Assembly: GCA_964581255.1 (NCBI GenBank)
Contig: CAZOMT010000010.1
Coordinates: 176,156-240,155 of the forward strand
DNA: 64,000 nt
Direction of reading: 5' to 3'
From: an uncultured Thermodesulfatator sp.
GTDB lineage: Bacteria > Desulfobacterota > Dissulfuribacteria > Dissulfuribacterales > QOAL01
The position numbers were made by a program, and so were the translations under genes. Below, piece by piece: positions 30,194 through 39,100 of the stretch. Below the pieces are notes generated by a model. It made no database searches, was not told the origin of the DNA, and was given only the letters and a program-made list of their open reading frames with translations. Each line of letters begins with the position of its first letter. The stretch's first letter is position 1.

Positions 30194-30230
30194 TTTTAGT
30201 CTCCTTTGGTGTACTGGGACATGCCAGATT

Positions 30231-30713
30231 TCACTCTTTGGACATGTCTGGCAGTTGCCCTGCCTTTCGTTCGTATATGAAGGCAGGAGTTACGAATATC
30301 CAGCGTTGCGGTTCGCCTTCCTTTTTCGTTTGGATTAGCCAGGCCTCACGGCCTGGTGAACCGTCATACACGAATACCGGTTCTTGAAGGGTCTCTCCTT
30401 CCTCTATGGGGACTGTCGAAACTACCCGTTCAAGTGCCTCCTTACCTGACAAGCCGGTGACCATTGACGCCCCGTTTAGGGCGCCAATGGCTGCAACTTC
30501 ACCGGTGCCGGTAATTCTGGCAAACCCCTTCAGCTGACCACTTGGTTTTATGGGCACCAGCCAATAGCCAGGGTTGCCTTGCAGGTCCCTCACAAGTACC
30601 GGCTCTCCAATGACGACACTGTTCCACTGGGAAAATTCCAGTTCACCACTCATGCTTAGCATTAAAGCTGCATTAAGCGCCTTCTTCTTTGCCTCTTCCG
30701 CAGAAATGAACAT
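30231..30713 (-). CDS. 160-aa hypothetical protein with two PepSY/prodomain-like repeats, paralogous by eye to the N-terminal region of the upstream peptidase
   Basis: ISAEEAKKKAL...EPVLVRDLQGNPGYWLVPIKPSGQLKGFARI and LSGKEALERV...EPVFVYDGSPGREAWLIQ. Likely ATG at 30713. Lies 17 nt after the upstream stop. Confidence 0.55.
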   Translation of the reverse strand: MFISAEEAKKKALNAALMLSMSGELEFSQWNSVVIGEPVLVRDLQGNPGYWLVPIKPSGQLKGFARITGTGEVAAIGALNGASMVTGLSGKEALERVVSTVPIEEGETLQEPVFVYDGSPGREAWLIQTKKEGEPQRWIFVTPAFIYERKAGQLPDMSKE

Positions 30714-30730
30714 CAATGCATTCCTTTAGC

Positions 30731-31978
30731 TCAATGACACGTTTGAGTACGATGTCTTACATAGATAAAGTTGGTATGGGTTACAGCATTCCAATTTTCC
30801 CAATATACCCGTCCACCCTTGCATGGATCCGGGTTCCAAGGCCAAGGGTCATAGATCTTGAGCCATCGCTGGAGAGGCTGCCATATCAAGTGAAAATTCT
30901 GCCGCTTCCACCCGGCACAAGCCCTGGCATGGCCTGGGATACCTGATTTTAAGGGTCTGTTTGCATTTATTTCTGCCTGGGCTTCAACCCAGTTGGCGCT
31001 TGTATCGAGCGTGGCATCCAGACAGCCCTTTGAAAGGCTCTCATATCCTGTGACCTGTCCATTGAGGGTTGTACCGCCAGGGCCGGTACCCATAGCGTAG
31101 GCAATCTGATCCTGACTGAAGTAATACCTGTAAAAGTCAAGGATCATCTGGCCTGTTGCCACTGCGCAATAGACACTTGTCTTTTGCCCCCTGAGTTCGA
31201 AACAATCGTGGGGCGTACACCTTGGCGCATACCGCAACACCCTCCAAGAGTAAAAGGGTATGGGTATTGGGGTGGGACTCAAGGGATGGACCGGCTGAAT
31301 AGATGCAGCTATGGATGCCTTCAGATCCTTCAGTTCCTTAGAGCTAAAACCTCGGTCAAAGGCCCTTGGTATCCTGTCTTTCATGATCTCCAGTTCCTTG
31401 TCGGAAAGGTCCCAGAGGTATTCCCTCTTGGCAGCCTCAGGATATGCATATTCATGGTAAAAGGAATAGACGCCCGAGCCTTCTTCTTCGTGGTCGCTGA
31501 AGATCTCCACTTCAGATCCGTTTGAGACGTCGAATATGGTTGCCTGTTCAGTGCCGTCAGGCTCGCTGAAAAACACCCTTATCCCTATCCGGGGATAGCA
31601 ATAGCAAACCACATCCACATCCTTGATCTCTGCCTTGGGATATTTTTCCTTTACCTTTTTTTCAGCTTGTTTGGCCGCCTTGTCTGGATCCCATGACCTT
31701 TTTCCAAATTCTACAGTGACTATGGGGCTTCCCAATGCCCGGCTGGCACTCGCCTTGACTGTTCCAGACTCCTTTTTGCCATTGATCACCTTGAACTCGT
31801 AGAACAGTATCTCGCCATTCAGGTCATTGATCTCAAGAGGCTCTGGATCTACTTCACAGGCACCCCAAGGTTCCAGATCCCGTACCTGCCCTGCCCATTC
31901 TTTCCGTATTGTCATGAGCGCGTGTTCGTATGCACGTCCCTTGTCAACTGGACTCAATGGTTCCTTGTAAACCTTCAT
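30731..31978 (-). CDS. Papain-fold (C39-like/C1-like clan CA) cysteine peptidase with a ~250-aa N-terminal prodomain-like region
   Basis: Q-x5-C signature GQKTSVYCAVATGQMIL, later GIPGHARACAGW (His) and IYDPWPWNP (Asp/Asn). GGAGGAG RBS. Confidence 0.65.
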   Translation of the reverse strand: MKVYKEPLSPVDKGRAYEHALMTIRKEWAGQVRDLEPWGACEVDPEPLEINDLNGEILFYEFKVINGKKESGTVKASASRALGSPIVTVEFGKRSWDPDKAAKQAEKKVKEKYPKAEIKDVDVVCYCYPRIGIRVFFSEPDGTEQATIFDVSNGSEVEIFSDHEEEGSGVYSFYHEYAYPEAAKREYLWDLSDKELEIMKDRIPRAFDRGFSSKELKDLKASIAASIQPVHPLSPTPIPIPFYSWRVLRYAPRCTPHDCFELRGQKTSVYCAVATGQMILDFYRYYFSQDQIAYAMGTGPGGTTLNGQVTGYESLSKGCLDATLDTSANWVEAQAEINANRPLKSGIPGHARACAGWKRQNFHLIWQPLQRWLKIYDPWPWNPDPCKGGRVYWENWNAVTHTNFIYVRHRTQTCH

Positions 31979-32027
31979 GTTTTTCTCCTCCTTCTTTTTT
32001 GTCTTACCCTTGGTTAACTTGATATCT

Positions 32028-32071
32028 GGCCCTGCCTGCTAGGCCCTCTCTATCCTTGCACAGGCAGGGCC
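32028..32071 (-). promoter_or_regulatory. GC-rich 11-bp perfect hairpin in the predicted 5' leader of the protease operon
   Basis: GGCCCTGCCTG-22 nt-CAGGCAGGGCC, between the sigma-54-type promoter (about 32097-32110) and the RBS/ATG at 31978. Confidence 0.5.
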
Positions 32072-32095
32072 GCGCCTACCCTTCGATGGTGTTAT

Positions 32096-32112
32096 TGCCA
32101 CTTTTGTGCCTT
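32096..32112 (-). promoter_or_regulatory. Sigma-54 (-24/-12)-type promoter facing the protease operon
   Basis: Minus strand reads AAGGCACAAAAGTGGCAAT. GG (32110/32109) and GC (32098/32097) are separated by exactly 10 nt, fitting TGGCAC-N5-TTGC at 11 of the 15 consensus-aligned positions; the 10 specified consensus bases match at the core residues GGCAC and T-GC. Lies about 120 nt upstream of the ATG at 31978. A sigma-54 activator gene is adjacent. Confidence 0.55.
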
Positions 32113-32247
32113 ATGGCCGAATTCAAAAAATTTTTTTAAAATCGTTGATTAATTAATGGTTTTTATTGAAAAAACCGATTAAACAAATTCTTTGACCCAC
32201 ATTGTTTCTCGGATTATTTCGTAAACCTTATAGACATTTTTGGTTTT

Positions 32248-32270
32248 ATATGTAAACATTCTTTACATAT
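32248..32270. promoter_or_regulatory. Perfect 9-5-9 palindrome: candidate activator-binding site (UAS/operator)
   Basis: ATATGTAAA-cattc-TTTACATAT. Lies about 150 bp upstream of the -12 element and 25 bp upstream of the activator's own ATG. A second AT-rich palindrome, TTAATGGTTTTTATTGAAAAAACCGATTAA (32155-32182), and an IHF-like AATCAACGATTTT (minus strand, about 32141-32153) lie in between. Confidence 0.4.
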
Positions 32271-32294
32271 TCATGAGAATGGAGAATAACCCTT

Positions 32295-33851
32295 ATGAAA
32301 TCAACGGATAATATCTCCCTGTCTAAAGACGACTTTTCCCTCTTTTATGAGATCTCCACCTCTATCCAGGAAATTTGCGATCTCGATGAAATGCTTCACT
32401 CTATCCTTTCAAAGATCAAAAAGGCCTTCCATATAGAAGGGGTGTCTGTCGTGCTCCATGATCCAGAGAACAAGGAGTTTTATTTTTTGAGGGCTGCTGA
32501 ATCGGAGATGGGTCTTGATCCGCTTCGTATGCATGAGATGAGATTCCCAGATGACGTAGGGGTCGCTGGATGGGTTATGAGGGAGGGCCAAACTGTGGTT
32601 ATCCAAAACGTGGCCAGGGACGAAAGGTTTTTCAGCGGTCTCGATAACAAAAAGGGCTTTGTGACAAGATCTATGATATGCGTACCCCTCAAGACCAGGA
32701 GAGGTTTTACAGGCGTTTTATACGCACTCAACAAGATCCAGGGTAGTTTCTCTGAAAAGGATGCCAAGATCCTGGAGATCCTTTCCACTCCTATTGCAAT
32801 CTCCATTGAAAACGCTCGTCTTTACGGAGAACTAAAACGGCATGCAGACATCCTTGAAAGGCAAAACCGCCATCTGTGCAGCAAGGCTCAGGAAAGATTC
32901 AATAAAGAGGGGATTATTGGCAGGAGCGGTCCCATGCGGCAGCTCTTTTCATTGATCGACAAGGTGATAGACACCCCCACCACAGTGTTGATACAGGGAG
33001 AAACAGGTACTGGCAAGGAATTGGTCGCAAGGGTCATTCACTTCAGTGGCCCTTTGAAGGACAGGCCATTTGTTGCAGAAAATTGTGGCGCTCTTCCTGA
33101 AAATCTCCTGGAAAGTGAATTATTCGGCCATGTCAAAGGTGCCTTTACCGGTGCAACATCCGACAAGAAGGGACTCTTTGAGATAGCAGACGGCGGCACT
33201 ATATTTCTTGATGAAATAGGAGAGATGAGTCCGGCTATGCAGGTGAAGCTCCTTAGAGTGCTCCAGGAAGGCCAGATCCGGCCAGTTGGCTCCAACCGTT
33301 TCCGCAAAGTCAACGTGCGAGTCATCGCGTGTACCAATAGGGATCTGGAGCATGAAGTAAGGAGGGGAAGATTCAGGCAAGACCTGTTGTACAGAATAAA
33401 TGTATTCCCAATAACCGTTCCTGCACTCAGGGAAAGAAGGGACGATATACCCCTTCTTGTGGACCACTTCTTGAAAAAGGCAGCGGAAAAATTACACAGG
33501 CCTGCACCTACTGTCTCTCCTCTGGCCATGGATTTGCTTCTTAATTTCGACTGGCCTGGAAATATCAGGCAACTCGAAAATGAGATGGAGAGGGCATTGA
33601 TCCTTGCAGGTAGTTCATTGGAAATCGGGCCTGAACATTTGTCATTGAGATTGCAGCAGGATCTAGGATTCGACGGCCCCAAAGGCAACGAGGGGGCTTC
33701 ATTGAAAGAGGTGGTTCAAAGATTGGAGGCGGGAATGATCGAAAGGGCCCTATCCAAAACTGGTGGAAACAGGTCAAAGGCAGCTCGTCTCCTTGGGCTT
33801 ACCCGCCAAGGCTTGATAAACAAGATCAACCGCTACGATTTGAAGATCTGA
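32295..33851 (+). CDS. Sigma-54-dependent transcriptional activator (GAF - AAA+ - Fis-type HTH)
   Basis: N-terminal GAF-like domain. Walker A GETGTGKE, ESELFGHVKGAFTGA (GAFTGA loop), and the C-terminal HTH GGNRSKAARLLGLTRQGLINKI. Confidence 0.9.
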   Translation: MKSTDNISLSKDDFSLFYEISTSIQEICDLDEMLHSILSKIKKAFHIEGVSVVLHDPENKEFYFLRAAESEMGLDPLRMHEMRFPDDVGVAGWVMREGQTVVIQNVARDERFFSGLDNKKGFVTRSMICVPLKTRRGFTGVLYALNKIQGSFSEKDAKILEILSTPIAISIENARLYGELKRHADILERQNRHLCSKAQERFNKEGIIGRSGPMRQLFSLIDKVIDTPTTVLIQGETGTGKELVARVIHFSGPLKDRPFVAENCGALPENLLESELFGHVKGAFTGATSDKKGLFEIADGGTIFLDEIGEMSPAMQVKLLRVLQEGQIRPVGSNRFRKVNVRVIACTNRDLEHEVRRGRFRQDLLYRINVFPITVPALRERRDDIPLLVDHFLKKAAEKLHRPAPTVSPLAMDLLLNFDWPGNIRQLENEMERALILAGSSLEIGPEHLSLRLQQDLGFDGPKGNEGASLKEVVQRLEAGMIERALSKTGGNRSKAARLLGLTRQGLINKINRYDLKI

Positions 33852-33858
33852 AGAAAAA

Positions 33859-36120
33859 ATGCAAGGGACGCACCCAAGGAGCTTGCACAAATTTTATAAA
33901 TGGCGGCTAAACATCAAAAGTGTCGCGATCTTCTCGTTACTGGTGATATCTTCTGGATTTCTTTGTGCCCTCTATCCGCCTTTGTCCCAAAAGGCCCTGG
34001 AGGCGGATCTTGCCACGTGGTTCAGGCTCAGGCAATTCAAGCCCAGCCCTGAAGATGTGGTCATAGTAAACCTTGACAGTGAGTCCGGGGCCAGGCTTGG
34101 CCTGCCACCAAGTCCTGAAAAATGGCCACGCACCATCTACGCCAAGCTAGTTGAACGCCTTGCAGACCTTGGCGCCCTATCAATCGTGCTTGACGTCCAT
34201 TTTTCAGATGTAAAAAATCTTGAGGAAGACCTGGTCTTTGCAAAGGCAATCAAACAGGCCGCCAGTGTCGTGCTCTTTGAATATACCAACAGAAGGCTTA
34301 TCAAGCTTGATGCCGTAAGGGAAAACGGCCTTCCAAAAATCGCAATAGAAACCGCCATCCCGCCACTGCCTGTTCTTGCTTCTGCTGCTGTGGCTACCGC
34401 TCCATTTCCCTTGCCAAAGGTACCTGTCCGTCTAAACCGTTTTTGGACCTTCAAGTCTAGCCTTGGAGACGTGCCTAGCCTGCCAGTTGTGGCCCTATAT
34501 CTCTATGTGTTCAATAAGGAAAAAAGGCTCAAGGATAAGCTTTCTGAATTGTTTCCTGACCTTTTCCAAGAATTTGAAGATATGAGAAACGTGAAGCTGT
34601 TGGCACTGAGATTGAGACAGTATCTTCTTCTCAATAAAGGAGCTGCGGAAAGGGCTTTTAATGAGTTGGATCATGATGTGGCCCTCAAGATGGAAGAAAA
34701 AAGGCTCTTAAAGGTATTGATCTATACGGCAGCAGGTCCTGAAAGCCCCTTTTTGAACTTTTACGGCCCTCCTGGGACCATCCTTACCATACCATGCAGC
34801 ACGGTGTTGGCAGAGGAGTCAAGTGAGGAGCTCCTCATTAACAATATCAAGGGTCGTGTAGTCTTTGTGGGAGCTGCAACCAAGAATCCTTCGGAGCAAA
34901 AGGATGGCTTCTACACGGTCTACACTCGGCCTGACGGCCTCGATCTCAGCGGGGTAGAGATCGCTGCAACTGCCTTTGCCAATCTCCTGAACCAAGAATC
35001 TGTAAGGCCTGCGACAGCCTGGATGCGTGCCTTAATAATCGTGGCTTGGGGGCTATTTGTCACAATGGTCGCCTTTTTCCTGCCTCCAGTATTTTCTGCC
35101 CTTACATTCACAATGGGCGCTGCCACTTATGTGTATGGTGGCCTTGTCGCCTTTACAACAAAGACCATATGCCTACCTTTTTGGCTGCCTGTGATATTTC
35201 CATGTGTTCCAGCATATGGGTTCATGGTTTTATGGCAATACAGCAGGGTCAGAACAGAAAGAAAAAACATCAGCAAGGCCTTTAGCCACTATTTGCCATC
35301 AAAGGTGGTGGATACCCTTGCCAGGGACCGTACATTCATTAATAGGCCGCCTCAGTTACTCTATGGCGTCTGTTTAATGACAGATGCAGAACAATACACG
35401 TCCCTTTCAGAGCATATGGAACCTGGGGAATTGGCAAGGTTCATGAATCAATATTACGAGCATATCTTCGAGCCTGTAAAAAAGAATGGGGGGGTAATTT
35501 CAGACGTGTTGGGAGACTCCATGCTGGCAATCTGGACAGGAGCTGAACCAAACGTCAGGCTAAATGCATCTGCAATAAAGGCTGCGCTCGAGATCATGGA
35601 AAAGGTTCGAGACTTTAACAAAAAAAACAATCAGTCCATACAGCTCCCCACCCGTATAGGCCTCCATTCAGGACACCTTGCCCTTGGGCATCTCGGCACA
35701 CCTGACCATTTTGAATTTACTCCAATAGGCGATATCGTAAACACGGCCTCCCGCATAGAAGGCCTCAACAAATACTTGGGCACCAGGATCTTATCTTCTG
35801 GGGATCTGTTATCTCTGAATAATGGATTCCTCGTAAGAGAACTAGGCAGTTTCCTTTTAGCTGGCAAATCCAAACCAATTGTGATATACGAAATCTTAAG
35901 CACAATTGAAGAATCGACACCGTTTCAACGCCAACTGTGCAACTCTTTTGGCCAGGCATTGAGAAAATTCAGGGAGAGGAATTGGGATGAGGCTGCTAGG
36001 GGCTTTATGGAATGCGGAATAGATGGACCAGCCCGCTTCTATCTAAAATTGTGCAACGCCTACCTGAAAAATCCGCCCTTGGAAGACTGGACAGCTACTA
36101 TCAGACTGGATAGAAAATAG
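33859..36120 (+). CDS. CHASE2 sensor domain - class III adenylate/guanylate cyclase
   Basis: N-terminal TM, then a ~330-aa extracytoplasmic region (VIVNLDSES...VLDVHF, typical of the start of CHASE2) and three TM helices. Cyclase core is CLMTDAEQYTSLSE...GDSMLAIW...IGLHSGHLALG...IGDIVNTASRIEG. Starts 8 nt after the activator gene. Confidence 0.85.
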   Translation: MQGTHPRSLHKFYKWRLNIKSVAIFSLLVISSGFLCALYPPLSQKALEADLATWFRLRQFKPSPEDVVIVNLDSESGARLGLPPSPEKWPRTIYAKLVERLADLGALSIVLDVHFSDVKNLEEDLVFAKAIKQAASVVLFEYTNRRLIKLDAVRENGLPKIAIETAIPPLPVLASAAVATAPFPLPKVPVRLNRFWTFKSSLGDVPSLPVVALYLYVFNKEKRLKDKLSELFPDLFQEFEDMRNVKLLALRLRQYLLLNKGAAERAFNELDHDVALKMEEKRLLKVLIYTAAGPESPFLNFYGPPGTILTIPCSTVLAEESSEELLINNIKGRVVFVGAATKNPSEQKDGFYTVYTRPDGLDLSGVEIAATAFANLLNQESVRPATAWMRALIIVAWGLFVTMVAFFLPPVFSALTFTMGAATYVYGGLVAFTTKTICLPFWLPVIFPCVPAYGFMVLWQYSRVRTERKNISKAFSHYLPSKVVDTLARDRTFINRPPQLLYGVCLMTDAEQYTSLSEHMEPGELARFMNQYYEHIFEPVKKNGGVISDVLGDSMLAIWTGAEPNVRLNASAIKAALEIMEKVRDFNKKNNQSIQLPTRIGLHSGHLALGHLGTPDHFEFTPIGDIVNTASRIEGLNKYLGTRILSSGDLLSLNNGFLVRELGSFLLAGKSKPIVIYEILSTIEESTPFQRQLCNSFGQALRKFRERNWDEAARGFMECGIDGPARFYLKLCNAYLKNPPLEDWTATIRLDRK

Positions 36121-36195
36121 CTGCTCCTGCTTTTCGATTTCAAGGCTGGTTTCTATCTCTTGAAAAAAACAAAAGGCCCTCGGATGTGAGGTGTT

Positions 36196-39100
36196 ATGGA
36201 GCAAAAGACCAAATTATCCATAAGTATCCTAATCATATTTATTGAAATCATATTCTTCTTTGGCTTTGCAATAGGCCAAGAAAACAGACCAGAAACAGGG
36301 ATAGGGAAACTGGTATCTCTTAGAGGGGAAGTCCAGATCCAACGAGCGGGAAGTAGGCTATGGCAGCCTGCCAAGCTCCATGAGCAAATTTTTCCAGGAG
36401 ACATATTACGCACAGGCCCAAATAGCAGGGCCGCACTGCTACTGGCAAATGATTCCGTGGTGCGCCTTGGAGCCAACACATCCTTAGTGGTTTCAGGCAA
36501 GCAGAAAGCTTCTACCACCTTCATGAAACTTCTCAAGGGCGTGGCCCATTTTTTCAGCCGCTTTCCTCACAGTCTTGAGATCTCCACACCATTTGTGAAT
36601 GCTGCCATAGAAGGTACGGAATTTACCATCCACGTCCTTGAAGACAAAACAAATATCACTGTCCTGAATGGACGTGTCAGGGCAAGCAACGATTCTGGAA
36701 GTGTGGTTCTTGGCCCGAACCAGGCCGCAGTAGCATCCAAGGGTGCCAGGCCACAGAGTAGAATCGTACTAAACCCAACGGATGCTGTTCAGTGGGCCCT
36801 CTATTATCCTTCCGTACTTGATTTGACATGTGAAAGCATGGAAGGCCCAGGAGCAACAGACGTAAAAAGCGCTGTATCACTCTACAGGCAAGGCAATGTC
36901 ACACAAGCCATCAATGAACTTTCAAAGTTGCAGAATGGCTATCGTCAAGCATGGATTCAGGTGCTTATCGCCAGCATGTACCTTTCTGTGGGCCAGGCAG
37001 AAAAGGCCATGGTCCACCTTGACAAGGCCGAAGACATTGAACCGGGATTTGGCCCTGCAATGGCCATTAGGGCCATCATGGCCGTGGCCCAAAACAAGAA
37101 ACAAGAAGCCCTCTTGCTTTCTGCCAAGGCGATGTCCTTGGCCCCTTCTTCTGCGTCTCCACTGATTGCACGATCTTATGCCCTTCAGGCAGTATTCAGG
37201 CCAGAAGATGCCCTTTCAGTGCTCCAAAAGGCAGTTGTACTTGAGCCAAGAAACAGTCTTGCTTGGTCAAGGTTATCGGAATTGTGGCTTTGTGTCGGTG
37301 AGGTTTCAAACTCTGTTGAGGCAGCAACAAAGGCCGAGGCCCTGGACCCTTACAATGCCCGATCCAAAACCGTTTTGGGCTTTTCCTTGTTGGCTAGCCT
37401 TGATACAGAAAAGGCCATAAGTTCATTCAAAAAGGCCATAGAGATGAATCCTTCGGATCCTCTGCCACGATTGGGCCTTGGCCTTTCAAGGATAAAGGAT
37501 GGAGATGTGGACGAGGGCTTGGTGCAACTGGAGATAGCTGCTGCCCTTGATCCCGCCAATGCACTTATTAGGAGTTATCTCGGCAAGGCCTACTATGCCA
37601 AGTGCCGGCCAGAAAAGGCAGCTGCCCAGTTTGAGATGGCCCGCCGGCTCGATCCCAAAGACCCGACACCCTGGTTCTATGATGCCATACTCAAACAAAG
37701 CATAAACAGGCCTGTGGCTGCCCTCAAGGATCTTCAAAAATCCATAGAGCTTAACGACAACAGGGCCGTATACAGGTCTCGTCTCCTTCTGGACCAGGAT
37801 CTGGGAAGTAGAAGCACAAGCCTTGCCAGGATCTACAATGACCTGGGATTCGACCATTTGGCCTTGGTTGAGGGCTGGAAGTCGTTGGATTACGACCCTG
37901 GATCCTATTCTGCCCACCGTTTTCTGGCAGATTCTTATACCGCCTTGCCAAGACACGAAATCGCAAGGGTCAGTGAGCTTTTGAAATCTCAGCTGCTCCA
38001 GACCCTGAATATTGTACCCGTCCAACCCTATTTAGCAGAGAGCAAGCACTTTTTTTACACGGATACAGGCCCTTCGCTGCCTTCATATAACGAGTACACT
38101 CCGCTATTCATGTCAGACAGGCTGGCACTTCAAGCCAATGGCCTTGGCGGAACCAGGGGAACCTGGGGAGACGAGGTGGTGCAGGCCGGCCTTTTCAAAA
38201 GATATTCCTATAGCTTGGGTCAATTCCACTACGAGACCAATGGTTTCCGCCAGAATCAAGATCAGCGTCAAAACATATACAACGCATTCGTCCAGTCGGC
38301 ACTAGGGCCTCAGATAAATGTCCAGGCAGAATATAGACATCTACGGATAAAAAAGGGTGATCTATTCCTGCGTTTTGATCCAGAAAACTATTTCCCAGAC
38401 TTGAGGGATGATGAAAAGAGAAATTCATTGCGCTTGGGCATGACATACAGATTTGGGCCCGAAAACACGTTCCTGTCGTCCCTTATATTGGCTGAGACAG
38501 ATTGGCATACCAAGATTTTCCCAGAATATATCATAACAGATGAAGAAAGGGGCTTTCTCGCAGAAATTCAACACCTTTACAACGGGCCCAAGTTCAGTCT
38601 CATAACAGGGGCTGGCTGGTTTAAGACCAATCAGGAAATATCCCATGTTTTTGCGCCCTTTCAAGAGATTTCAGAAAGAGACACAATCCATCAGACAAAC
38701 CTCTACACTTATCCCCGGATCCGTTTGGGACATGGCTTGGTCCTTACCATTGGAGCCAGCGCAGATTTCTATGAGGGTACTGCAGGTAGCAGGGAACAGT
38801 TCAATCCAAAACTTGGACTTGTTTGGAATCCTTCTCCAGATACCACTATACGAATCGCAGGTTTCAGGGTCTTAAAGCGCATGCTCCTTACTGACCAGAC
38901 CGTGGAGCCCACAGAAGTCGCAGGCTTCAACCAGTTCTTTGACGACTATGAAGGCACCAGGAGCTGGCGTTATGGGTTTGGTGTGGACCAGCGCATCTTT
39001 TCCAATATCTATGGAGGCTTCGAGCTCAGTAGAAGAGACCTCGATGTTCCATACTTGGATTTTGAACTCGACAAGGTACTATATGCAGACTGGCGAGAAG

